DNA of 64,000 nucleotides from the NCBI GenBank assembly GCA_025937835.1, contig JAICQO010000013.1, positions 25,931 to 89,930 of the forward strand. The letters run 5' to 3'. Below are positions 8,075 through 19,532 of this stretch, in pieces. Every line of letters begins with the position of its first letter. Positions within the stretch are counted from its first letter, which is position 1. The notes beneath the pieces are model-generated. The model did not search any database and was not told the origin of the DNA. It worked only from the letters and a program-made list of their open reading frames with translations. Origin of the DNA: Polyangiaceae bacterium. GTDB taxonomy: Bacteria; Myxococcota_A; Polyangia; Polyangiales; Polyangiaceae. The position numbers and the translations under genes were made by a program.

Positions 8075-9436
8075 TCAGCGCGGGGGCGAGCCGCCACCGC
8101 CGGCGGCCTGCCAGATCTCGTTCAGATCATTCGGGAGGAAATAGATGCCGAGCAGCAAATACATGATCGGCTGCGGCACCTCCGGGTTCGGAATGCCGGC
8201 CATGCGCTTCGCGTCGAGCACCTTCTCCGGCAGCTTCCACATCTCGATCAGACCGAGGATCGGGATGAAGAAGAAGATCGGGTTGATGTCGTCCTTGCCG
8301 CGGAACGCCTTCAGCTCGTTCACCATCTGCCAGAGCTGCCAGATCGCGTAGAAGCCGCAGATGATGCTGATGGCGAGCACCAGGATCGGGTTGCGGTTCT
8401 GGCCGATCGGGCCGCGGCCGCCCGAATGCACCATCGCCGCGCCGCCCGGGGCCGGAGCACCGCCGAAGCCGGGCGGCGGGTTGTATGGAGCGAGCCCGCC
8501 GCCGGGCGGAGGACCAAAGCCGGGGTGATGACCGGGCGCCGGGCCAGGACCACCGGGCCCAGGCCCCGCGGGACCGCCGAAGCCGCCCGGGTTGGACGGT
8601 GAATGCGCCGGCATGGGCGGAGCGCCCGGGGGCGGACCGAAGCCCGGCGGAGGCGCGGGCGGCTGACCATACTGAGGAGCGCCACCTGGAGGAGGACCAA
8701 AGCCGGGAGGCGGACCGCCGGGCGGTGCTCCGCCGGGAGGCGGACCGAACCCACCCGGGGAAGCACCCGGAGGCGGGCCGTAGCCGGGAGGCGGACCGCC
8801 GGGAGCAGGCCCACCGGGCGGCGGACCAAAGCCCTGCGGAGCAGCGCCACCGGGAGGGGGCCCGAAGCCTTGCGGCGCCGCGCCCGGCGGCGGACCAGCC
8901 GGCGGACCAGCCGGGGGTGCATAACCGGGGGGCTGACCCGGAGCCGTCGCGCCGAACCCGCTGGGGGCGCCGGGTGGCGGACCACCATAAGGAGCGGGCC
9001 CACCAGCGGGCGGACCAAAACCGCCGGCCGGATTGGCGACCAGTGTTCCGCCCAGAGGATTGACCTGGGGACCACCGGGCGCAGGACGCATGCCGCTCGG
9101 GCTCGCGTGGCCGGGCGCGGTCGGAGGTGCGCCGGGCATCCCCGGCTGAGCGCTCCCTAGAGAAGGAGGAGCGACGCCCAACATCGTGCCCTTGAGCTGC
9201 GGGCGCGGCGCGCCGCCTTGAGGCGGCGGGGGCGGGGTCGATGCGCCGCGCTCGGGCGGACCGGGTGGGCCGGCCGGGGGAGCTCCCGGGGTGCCCGCTC
9301 GGGGGGCTCCCGGCGTGTTCATCATGAGCATCGTGCCCTTGAACTTGGGCGCCGCCGCGCTCTTCAGATTGAACCCGCACTTTTTGCAGGTCGTCGCCGG
9401 TTCGGCGTTCTCGGTCCCACAGTTCGGGCAAAACAC
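8075..9436 (-). CDS. Zinc-ribbon + Pro/Gly-rich linker + DUF4234-like membrane domain protein
   Basis: AGGAGG RBS then GTG at 9436; CPNCG...CKKCG ribbon; PPPGFG repeats; C-terminal RNPILVLAISIICGFYAIWQLWQM...ELK. Confidence 0.7.
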   Translation of the reverse strand: MFCPNCGTENAEPATTCKKCGFNLKSAAAPKFKGTMLMMNTPGAPRAGTPGAPPAGPPGPPERGASTPPPPPQGGAPRPQLKGTMLGVAPPSLGSAQPGMPGAPPTAPGHASPSGMRPAPGGPQVNPLGGTLVANPAGGFGPPAGGPAPYGGPPPGAPSGFGATAPGQPPGYAPPAGPPAGPPPGAAPQGFGPPPGGAAPQGFGPPPGGPAPGGPPPGYGPPPGASPGGFGPPPGGAPPGGPPPGFGPPPGGAPQYGQPPAPPPGFGPPPGAPPMPAHSPSNPGGFGGPAGPGPGGPGPAPGHHPGFGPPPGGGLAPYNPPPGFGGAPAPGGAAMVHSGGRGPIGQNRNPILVLAISIICGFYAIWQLWQMVNELKAFRGKDDINPIFFFIPILGLIEMWKLPEKVLDAKRMAGIPNPEVPQPIMYLLLGIYFLPNDLNEIWQAAGGGGSPPR

Positions 9437-9629
9437 TTGGTTACCTCCTGGGTTCCAGGCTCGAAACTGAGCGAAACACCAGTAAACGGGTCCCGAGCCT
9501 ACTTCCAACCCCGCTCGTTGCTCAAGCGGGACGTAACGAAAAAGCCAAGCAGCCACGGACGCATCCGCGGCCGCCGAGCCCGTTACCAAAGCGCGTCACG
9601 GCGAGCCGCGCGACCGCACGCCAGAGTCC

Positions 9630-9659
9630 TTGACACCCCGCATTTGAGGTCACTACGGT
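9630..9659 (+). promoter_or_regulatory. Probable sigma70 promoter of the nuo operon (TTGACA-N18-TACGGT)
   Basis: Perfect -35 at 9630-9635 and TAnnnT at 9654-9659, about 90 nt upstream of nuoE. Confidence 0.5.
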
Positions 9660-9746
9660 TCGCTCGCCCGGGGCCCCCCCGGGTGAGCGCGTGCGCTCGG
9701 GATTTGCCCGCGTAGCCCGTGCAGAAACTGGAACCGGACTGTTCGA

Positions 9747-10229
9747 ATGGCATTCGCCCTGAGCGCGGAGCGTGAGCGCGAGCTCGAGGACATTCTCGCC
9801 CGCTACCCCAACAAGATGGCCGCCTGCATCCCGGTTCTGCACCTGTGTCAGGAGCAGAACCAGAACTGGGTGTCGCCGGACGTCATCGACTTCGTCGCCA
9901 GGAAGCTCGACCTGAGCGCGGCCCACGTCAAAGGCGTGGTCACCTTCTACACGCTGTTCAACCAGAAGCCGGTCGGCAAGCACCAGGTCTGGGTGTGCCG
10001 CACGCTGTCCTGCGCGCTGCGCGGTTCGGATCGGATCTTGGCGCACTGCGAGAAGAAGCTCGGCTGTCACGCTGGCGAGACCAGCAAGGACGGCAAGGTC
10101 ACGCTGCGCACCGCAGAGTGCCTCGCGTCGTGCGGCACCGCCCCGATGATGCAGGTCGACAAGCAGTACTACGAGAACCTCACGATCGAGGAAGTGGACA
10201 GGATCCTCGATCGCCTGACCCGGTCCTGA
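9747..10229 (+). CDS. nuoE: NADH-quinone oxidoreductase subunit E
   Basis: [2Fe-2S] Cys in CRTLSC and ECLASCGTAP; GVVTFYTLF. Confidence 0.95.
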   Translation: MAFALSAERERELEDILARYPNKMAACIPVLHLCQEQNQNWVSPDVIDFVARKLDLSAAHVKGVVTFYTLFNQKPVGKHQVWVCRTLSCALRGSDRILAHCEKKLGCHAGETSKDGKVTLRTAECLASCGTAPMMQVDKQYYENLTIEEVDRILDRLTRS

Positions 10230-10238
10230 GAGGCGAGC

Positions 10239-11585
10239 ATGCTGCAACGCACGACATACCTGTCTCACTCCTACAACAAGCCCAACGGCTGGTCGCTCTC
10301 GGCTTACGAGGCGGCCGGCGGCTACCGTGGCGTGCGCCGCGCCCTGTCGATGACCCGCGAGCAGGTGATCGACGAGGTCAAGAAGGCGAAGATCCGCGGG
10401 CGCGGCGGCGCCGGCTTCGACTGCGGCACGAAGTGGAGCTTCATGCCGAAGGAGTCGCGCAAGCCCCACTACCTCGTGATCAACGCGGACGAGGGCGAGC
10501 CCGGCACCTTCAAAGACCGCACGATCATGGAGCTGAACCCGCACGCCTTGATCGAAGGCTGCATGATCGGCTGCTACGGCATCGGCGCCCACGCTGCCTA
10601 CATCTACGTGCGCGACGAGCTCCACCTGTCGAAGGAGCGGCTGTGGGCCGCGATCAAGGAAGCGCGCGCCAAGGGCTACCTGGGCAAGACGCCGTTCGGC
10701 GGAGGCTACGAGCTCGACATCTACGTCCACACCGGCGCGGGTGCCTACATCTGCGGCGAAGAGACGGCGCTCCTGAACTCGCTCGAGGGCAAGCGCGGCG
10801 AGCCCCGGCTCAAGCCGCCGTTCCCGGCGCAGTACGGCGCCTTCGGCTGCCCCACGACCGTGAACAACGTCGAGACGATCGCGATCGTGCCGACCGTGTT
10901 CGACGTCGGCGGTGACGCCTTCGCCAAGCTGTCCACGCTCTACCCGTTCAACGACGGCGGCGCGCGGCTCTTCGGCGTGAGCGGCCACGTCAAGCGCCCG
11001 GGCGTGTACGAGTGCGCGGTGGGCCTCACGCTGCGCGAGCTGATCTACGACCTCGGCGGCGGCATCCTCGGTGACCGCAAGCTGATGGCGGTGATCCCCG
11101 GCGGCTCTTCGTGCCCGGTGCACCTGCCGGACGAGATCGTGAACGTCCCGAACGATCCGCGCTTCGAGCCCTACAACGGCAAGAGCATCCTGGATCTGCC
11201 GCTCGGCGTGGACACGTTCCGGAACGTCGGCAGCATGCTCGGCACCTGCTGCGCGATCGTGATGAGCGACGCGGTGGATCCGGTGCTCGCGATGCACAAC
11301 CTGATCCGCTTCTACCGCCACGAGTCGTGCGGCCAGTGCACGCCGTGCCGTGAAGGCTGCGGCTGGATCGAGCGGATCGTGAACAAGGTGGTGGCCGGCA
11401 CCGCGACCCGCGAGGAGCTCGACCAGGTGCACGACATCGCCAGCGACATCATGGGCAACACCATCTGCGCGTTCGGCGAGGGCGCGGCCCAGCCGATGCT
11501 CGCGTTCGTGAAGCGGTTCAGGAAGCAACTCGAGGATTACGTCGATACCGGCGGCAAATCCCAGACCCACAGGCTCGAGCTATGA
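10239..11585 (+). CDS. nuoF: NADH-quinone oxidoreductase subunit F
   Basis: RGRGGAGF, NADEGEPGTFKDR, GAGAYICGEETAL, ESCGQCTPCREG. Confidence 0.97.
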   Translation: MLQRTTYLSHSYNKPNGWSLSAYEAAGGYRGVRRALSMTREQVIDEVKKAKIRGRGGAGFDCGTKWSFMPKESRKPHYLVINADEGEPGTFKDRTIMELNPHALIEGCMIGCYGIGAHAAYIYVRDELHLSKERLWAAIKEARAKGYLGKTPFGGGYELDIYVHTGAGAYICGEETALLNSLEGKRGEPRLKPPFPAQYGAFGCPTTVNNVETIAIVPTVFDVGGDAFAKLSTLYPFNDGGARLFGVSGHVKRPGVYECAVGLTLRELIYDLGGGILGDRKLMAVIPGGSSCPVHLPDEIVNVPNDPRFEPYNGKSILDLPLGVDTFRNVGSMLGTCCAIVMSDAVDPVLAMHNLIRFYRHESCGQCTPCREGCGWIERIVNKVVAGTATREELDQVHDIASDIMGNTICAFGEGAAQPMLAFVKRFRKQLEDYVDTGGKSQTHRLEL

Positions 11586-12199
11586 GCGTCGGTGACGTAT
11601 TCTTTTTGGTGGCCGCGGTCGTGGCGCTCGTCGGCGCGGTCTGGACCATCGCGTCGCAGAGCCCGATCCGCAGCGCGCTCGGCCTGCTGACGACGATCGT
11701 CGGCATCGCGGCGCTGTTCCTGCGCCTGAACGCGCAGTTTCTGGCGGCGATCCAGCTGATTGTCTACGCGGGCGCCGTCGTGGTGCTGTTCGTGTTCGTG
11801 ATCATGCTGCTCGGTCCCGACGCCGGGGCGGTGTCGAAGCGACCGGCGCGGGCCCGAGGCTCCCGCGTGGCGTCCGCCGCGCTGGTGTTCGTGCTCGCGG
11901 TTTTGCTCGTGGTCAGCCTGGTCGGCGCTCAGCCGAGCCCGACCAAGTTCCGTGCGGTTTCGCCCGAGTACGGAAGCGTCGAGGCGGTGGGTCAGCTGCT
12001 GTTCTCGCGCGGCCTCGTGCCGTTCGAGCTCTCCACGGCCCTGCTGATCGTCGCCGCGATCGGCGCGATCGCCGTGGCCCGCGCGCGGCACACGCCCAAG
12101 CGAGTGAAGGCCGGCGAGAGCCCGACGCGCCGCTTGTTCCACGGGCCCCTGCATCCACGCGATGCCGGCCGCCCGCTCCCGAAGGAGGGTTTGCTGTGA
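11582..12199 (+). CDS. nuoJ: NADH-quinone oxidoreductase subunit J
   Basis: LNAQFLAAIQLIVYAGAVVVLFVFVIMLL; PFELSTALL; ATGA overlap with nuoF. Confidence 0.93.
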   Translation: MSVGDVFFLVAAVVALVGAVWTIASQSPIRSALGLLTTIVGIAALFLRLNAQFLAAIQLIVYAGAVVVLFVFVIMLLGPDAGAVSKRPARARGSRVASAALVFVLAVLLVVSLVGAQPSPTKFRAVSPEYGSVEAVGQLLFSRGLVPFELSTALLIVAAIGAIAVARARHTPKRVKAGESPTRRLFHGPLHPRDAGRPLPKEGLL

Positions 12200-12513
12200 T
12201 TCCGATCGGCAACGTCATCGAGCACTACGTGCTGCTCGCTTCGGTGATCTTCGTGCTCGGCGCGGTCGGCTTCCTGGTGCGTCGCAACGCCCTGGTGCAG
12301 CTGATGAGCGTCGAGCTGATGCTGAACGCGGTGAACCTGGCGTTGGTCGCCTTCAACCGCCAGCACTCGAGCGACATGAACGGCCAGATGGTCTCGTTCT
12401 TCGTGATCGCCGTCGCGGCCGCAGAAGCCGCGGTCGGTCTGGCGATCGTCCTCAGCTTCTACCGGCTCAAGTCCTCCGTCTTCAGCGACGAAGCCGACAG
12501 CCTGCGCCACTGA
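12196..12513 (+). CDS. nuoK: NADH-quinone oxidoreductase subunit K
   Basis: RRNAL...VELMLNAVNL; IAVAAAEAAVGLAIV. Confidence 0.95.
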   Translation: MIPIGNVIEHYVLLASVIFVLGAVGFLVRRNALVQLMSVELMLNAVNLALVAFNRQHSSDMNGQMVSFFVIAVAAAEAAVGLAIVLSFYRLKSSVFSDEADSLRH

Positions 12514-12537
12514 TTTTCGACCCGCCCGAGGCGTCCG

Positions 12538-15173
<2,636 letters not shown>

Positions 15174-15177
<4 letters not shown>

Positions 15178-17009
15178 ATCCGCTGATTGATGCCTTCTTC
15201 GGCTTTGCGCCGTACCTGATCGCGTTCGCGCTCGGCTTCTTGATTCCGAGCAAGCGCTCGCGCTTCGAGCGCGTCGCGGTCGGCAGCGTGGTCGCTGTCT
15301 CGCTGCTCCTGATCCGCGCGCTGTGGCCCGGCCCCGTCGTGGACGCCGAGCCGGGCGCGGAGTGGAAGCCGCTGCTCACGCTGATCGTGTTCCTGCCGAT
15401 CGGCGGCTCGCTGTTCCTCCTGTTCTTGCCGCGCCAGGCGCCGGAGATGCTGAAGCGCTTCACGCTCGGCATCCTGGTGCTCGATTTCCTGGCCTCGCTG
15501 TGGCTGTTCGGAGTGCCGTGGACCAAGGGCTGGCACTTCCAGCACATCGCAGAGTGGGTGCCCTCGCTCGGCATCCGCTACCACGTGGCGGTCGACGGCG
15601 TGAGCGCCTGGCTCGTGCTGCTCACGACGCTCAGCACGCCGATCGCCGTCTACGTCTCGTTCGGCTCGATCAAGACCCGCATCAAGGACCTGTGCTTTTC
15701 GTTCCTGATGCTGCAGGGCGCGATGCTCGGCGCGTTCGTCGCGCTCGACCTGTTCCTGTTCTTCGTGTTCTGGGAGCTGTTGCTCGTGCCGATGATCCTG
15801 CTGATCGGCGTGTGGGGCGGCGTCGAGCGGATCAAGGCCGCCTACAAGTTCTTCCTGTTCACGATGGTCGGCAGCATGCTGATGCTGGCCGCGATCCTGT
15901 ACCTGGTTTACACGCACAACCAGGTCGCGGGTTACCCGAGCTTCGACTACCTGGCGCTGAGCCGGCTGGTGTTGCCCGCGACGCCGGCGCTGCTGTGCTT
16001 CCTCGGCTTCTTCGCGGCGTTCGCGATCAAGGTGCCGATGGTGCCCGTGCACACCTGGTTGCCCGACGCGCACGTGCAGGCGCCGACCGGCGGCTCGATC
16101 GTGCTGGCCGCGGTGCTGCTCAAGCTCGGCACCTACGGCTACCTGCGCTTTTGCATGGGCCTGTTCCCGGGCCCCGCCGGGCAGAACGCCGCGAACATCG
16201 CGGGTGTGGCCGTTGCCGGCATCATCGCCGGCGCGCTGCTCGCCTGGAAGCAGGACGACGTGAAGCGGCTGGTCGCCTACTCGTCGGTCGCGCACATGGG
16301 CTTCGTGATGCTCGGCCTGTGCGCCGCGAACGACGCCGGCGTCCAGGGCAGCGTGCTGCAGATGCTGAACCACGGCGTGTCCACGGGCGCGCTGTTCCTT
16401 TTGGTCGGCGTGATCTACGACCGCCGCCACACCCGCCTGATCCGCGAATTCGGCGGCCTCGCCAAGGTGATGCCGGTCTACACCGCGCTGTTCATCGTGA
16501 TCACGATGTCGAGCGTCGGCGTGCCCGGCACCAACGGCTTCATCGGCGAGTTCATGGTGATCATGGGCACGTTCGTGTCGAGCTCGCTCGGTATGAACGC
16601 CAAGCTGCAGGGCACGATCGCCGCATTTGGCGTGATCCTCGCGGCTGTCTACATGCTGATGATGGTTCAGAAGGTGTTCTTCGGGCCGCTCGACAACCCG
16701 AAGAACAAGAAGCTCAAGGACATCAACGTGCGCGAGGTCGTGGCGATCGCGCCGCTCATCGCGCTGGTGTTCGTGATCGGCTTCTTCCCCAACCTGTTCC
16801 TGTCGCGGATGAGCGAGGGCGTCGCAGCCTCCATCCAGCGCTTCGAAGCGGGGCGCCGGGCCTACAGCGTGGATCCTGGGAGGAAGCAGGCGCTGATGGT
16901 CCCGCGCCTGGGCGGTCCGATGGAGCGCGGCTATCCCGAGCCTAAACAGGAGGCGGAGGCTGCCGCCCCACCTGCGCAAGCGTTGAACGCCGCGGAGGTG
17001 TCACCGTGA
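15174..17009 (+). CDS. nuoM: NADH-quinone oxidoreductase subunit M with N- and C-terminal extensions
   Basis: FFVFWELLLVPM, AFAIKVPMVPVHTWLPDAHVQAPTGGS, LVAYSSVAHMG, GFIGEF. Confidence 0.95.
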
Positions 17010-18544
17010 ACGCGCTGCTCGCGATCGCTCCGCTGCTCGTCGTCGGCATCGGCGGCCTGCTGATCATGCTGGCCGAAGCCTTCGGCAAGCCGCAGGCACC
17101 CGAGGGCTTCGACTCCGCCGGCAGGGTGATCGACGCCGGAGCCGGACGCTCCGCCGAGATCGCGCTCGGCGCCGCGGTGATCTTGTTCGCCTCGGCGATC
17201 ACCAGCGTCGGTCTCTGGCTGGTCGGGCCGGAGACGCTCGAGGGCGCCGCGGCCGTTCAGCCGTACCTCGTCGTCGATCGCTTCTCGTTGTTCTTCTGGT
17301 TCACGCTGTGCACCGGCGGCGGCATCGCCTGCTTGCTCGCGGGCGGCTACCTGCCCGAGCACGGCCTGGATCGAGCGGAGTTCTTCCCGCTCGCGCTGTT
17401 CTCGATGGTCGGGGCGATGGCGCTCTCCGCTTCGAGCGACGTGCTCGGGCTGTTCGTCGGCCTCGAGACCATGTCGATCGGCGTGTACGCGATGATCGGC
17501 CTACGCCGCGGCAACGTGCGCGCGAGCGAGGCCGCTCTCAAGTACTTCCTGCTCGGTGGGTTCGCGGCCGGGCTCTTGCTGTTCGGCGGCGCGCTGCTCT
17601 ACGGCGCGACGGGTCACACCGACTTCGTCGGTATCGGCGCGGCGATCGCAGACGCCAATTCTCCGGTCAGCGCGGGCCTCGTCCTCGGCGGGCTCGCGCT
17701 CTTGCTCGGCGGCCTGGCCTTCAAGGTCAGCGCGGTGCCCTTCCACATGTGGACGCCGGACGCCTACGAGGGCGCTCCCACGCCGGCCACCAGCTTCATG
17801 GCCGCGGCCGTGAAGACTGCCGCCTTCGCTTCGCTCTTGCGCGTGCTGCTCACGGGCTTCGGCGATCCGCGGCTGATGAGCTGGGGCGCGGGCTGGCCGC
17901 CGGTGCTCGCCGTGCTCGCGATCGTGACCATGACGTACGGCAACCTGGTCGCCGGCCGTCAGGAGTCGGTGAAGCGCATGCTCGCGTACTCGTCGATTGC
18001 GCACGCGGGCTACGCGCTGGTCGGCGTGGTGTCGGTGATGGGCTCGAAGAGCGGCGCGGCCAGCGTGCTCTTCTACATGCTCGGCTACACCGTCTCGACC
18101 GCCGGCGCATTCGGCGCGTTGATCCTGTGCGGCCGCCGCGGCGCCGAGGCCGTGAGCTACGAGGATCTCGCGGGCATCGGCCGCCGTCACCCCGCGGCCG
18201 GCATCGCCTTCGCGTTCTTCCTCTTGTCACTCGCGGGCGTGCCGCCCACCGCCGGCTTCTTCGCCAAGCTGAACGTGTTCGGCGCGGCCATCGAATCCGA
18301 GCTGTATTGGCTGGCCGTGATCGGCCTGTTGAACAGCGTCGTCGGTGCCTACTACTACCTGCGTGTGCTGGTTTACATGTACATGCGCGAGCCGGCACCA
18401 GGCGCTCCGATCGCCACGCCGATGCGCTCGGGTTACGTGGCCACGGCGCTGGTCGTAGCGGCGATCCTGGTGCTCGGGATCGGGCTCTTGCCCGGCCTCT
18501 CGCTCGAGGCTGCGACGCTCGCCACCTTGAAGTCGGGCGGCTGA
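17006..18544 (+). CDS. nuoN: NADH-quinone oxidoreductase subunit N
   Basis: FVGLETMS, EAALKYFLLG, FKVSAVPFHMWTPDAYEGAPTP, KRMLAYSSIAH, GVPPTAGFFAK. Confidence 0.95.
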   Translation: MNALLAIAPLLVVGIGGLLIMLAEAFGKPQAPEGFDSAGRVIDAGAGRSAEIALGAAVILFASAITSVGLWLVGPETLEGAAAVQPYLVVDRFSLFFWFTLCTGGGIACLLAGGYLPEHGLDRAEFFPLALFSMVGAMALSASSDVLGLFVGLETMSIGVYAMIGLRRGNVRASEAALKYFLLGGFAAGLLLFGGALLYGATGHTDFVGIGAAIADANSPVSAGLVLGGLALLLGGLAFKVSAVPFHMWTPDAYEGAPTPATSFMAAAVKTAAFASLLRVLLTGFGDPRLMSWGAGWPPVLAVLAIVTMTYGNLVAGRQESVKRMLAYSSIAHAGYALVGVVSVMGSKSGAASVLFYMLGYTVSTAGAFGALILCGRRGAEAVSYEDLAGIGRRHPAAGIAFAFFLLSLAGVPPTAGFFAKLNVFGAAIESELYWLAVIGLLNSVVGAYYYLRVLVYMYMREPAPGAPIATPMRSGYVATALVVAAILVLGIGLLPGLSLEAATLATLKSGG

Positions 18545-18546
18545 GC

Positions 18547-19464
18547 ATGCCTCGGGCTCTTGGCGGGCTCGGTTTGGCCGTCGCGGTCGTCGCGGTGGGC
18601 GCGGTGACGCTCGGTTGCCGCAAGCAGCCGAACAAGCCTCACGCGACGCCGGCTCCTTCGGCGTCCGCGTCGGCCTTGCCCGCGCCGGTCGCCTCGGGCC
18701 TCGCCATCCCGGCCGACGTCGTGGCCAAGGTCGTGAACGCCAGCGGCCGCCCGCCGTATGCGGGGCCAACCGCGAGCGTCCATGGCGTCGTGCGCTCGGT
18801 CGGAGACGCGGCGCCGGAGGACCCCGAGGCAATTCGCCAGATCCCGGCCGAGTGCGATCTCGCGCGCGAGGCTTATTCGAAGATATTTCGGACGGGGCCC
18901 AATCGCGAGCTCGCCGATGCCCTGGTCACCGTCACCGGCTACGATGCGTACGTTCCCGAGCGGGTCGCGGCGGTGCCCGTCGAGGCACGCGGCTGCTTCT
19001 GGGGTTCGCGCACGTTCGCCATCACCTTCGGGCAGCGGCTCGAGGTGGCGTCGAAGGATCGCCGCCCGTACGTGCCGGATCTGATTGGCGGCAAGCTGCC
19101 GGCGCAGATCATCGCCATGCCGGGCGGTGCTCCGAGCGCGATCTATCCGAATCAGCCGGGGCGCTACGTGCTGATCGACAGCATGCGGATCTTCGCGATG
19201 GCCGAGGTCTACGTGCTCAAATACCCGACTCATGTCGTGACCGGGCTCGACGGTCGTTACGAGATCACCGGCATTCCGCCCGGCAAGGATTTGAAGCTCA
19301 CTGCCTTCTCGCCGCAGACCGGGGAGGTATTGGAAAAGACCATTACTCTGGTGGGTGGCCAGACGCTGGAGATGGACTTCGAGTTGCCGTTCAGTCTGCA
19401 AAAACACGCAGAAAATCGCGCAAAAGCCGGCCCCGCCGCGGCTTCGGCCTCGCCCAAGCGTTGA
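18547..19464 (+). CDS. Lipoprotein with carboxypeptidase-regulatory/cupredoxin-like beta domains
   Basis: ATG 2 nt after the nuoN stop; lipobox TLGC; C-terminal THVVTGLDGRYEITGIPPG; embedded in ORF 17308..19464. Confidence 0.6.
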   Translation: MPRALGGLGLAVAVVAVGAVTLGCRKQPNKPHATPAPSASASALPAPVASGLAIPADVVAKVVNASGRPPYAGPTASVHGVVRSVGDAAPEDPEAIRQIPAECDLAREAYSKIFRTGPNRELADALVTVTGYDAYVPERVAAVPVEARGCFWGSRTFAITFGQRLEVASKDRRPYVPDLIGGKLPAQIIAMPGGAPSAIYPNQPGRYVLIDSMRIFAMAEVYVLKYPTHVVTGLDGRYEITGIPPGKDLKLTAFSPQTGEVLEKTITLVGGQTLEMDFELPFSLQKHAENRAKAGPAAASASPKR

Positions 19465-19532
19465 GTGTCGGAGAGGCGCCGGGGGCCTCGCGACACACGG
19501 CTCCCTGGCTGCGTGGTAGTCTGAGCGCCCAA

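Noticed and set aside
8400-9350. Repetitive DNA in the Pro/Gly-rich gene as a CRISPR or VNTR
   Set aside because: Degenerate in-frame coding repeats with no constant repeat-spacer structure
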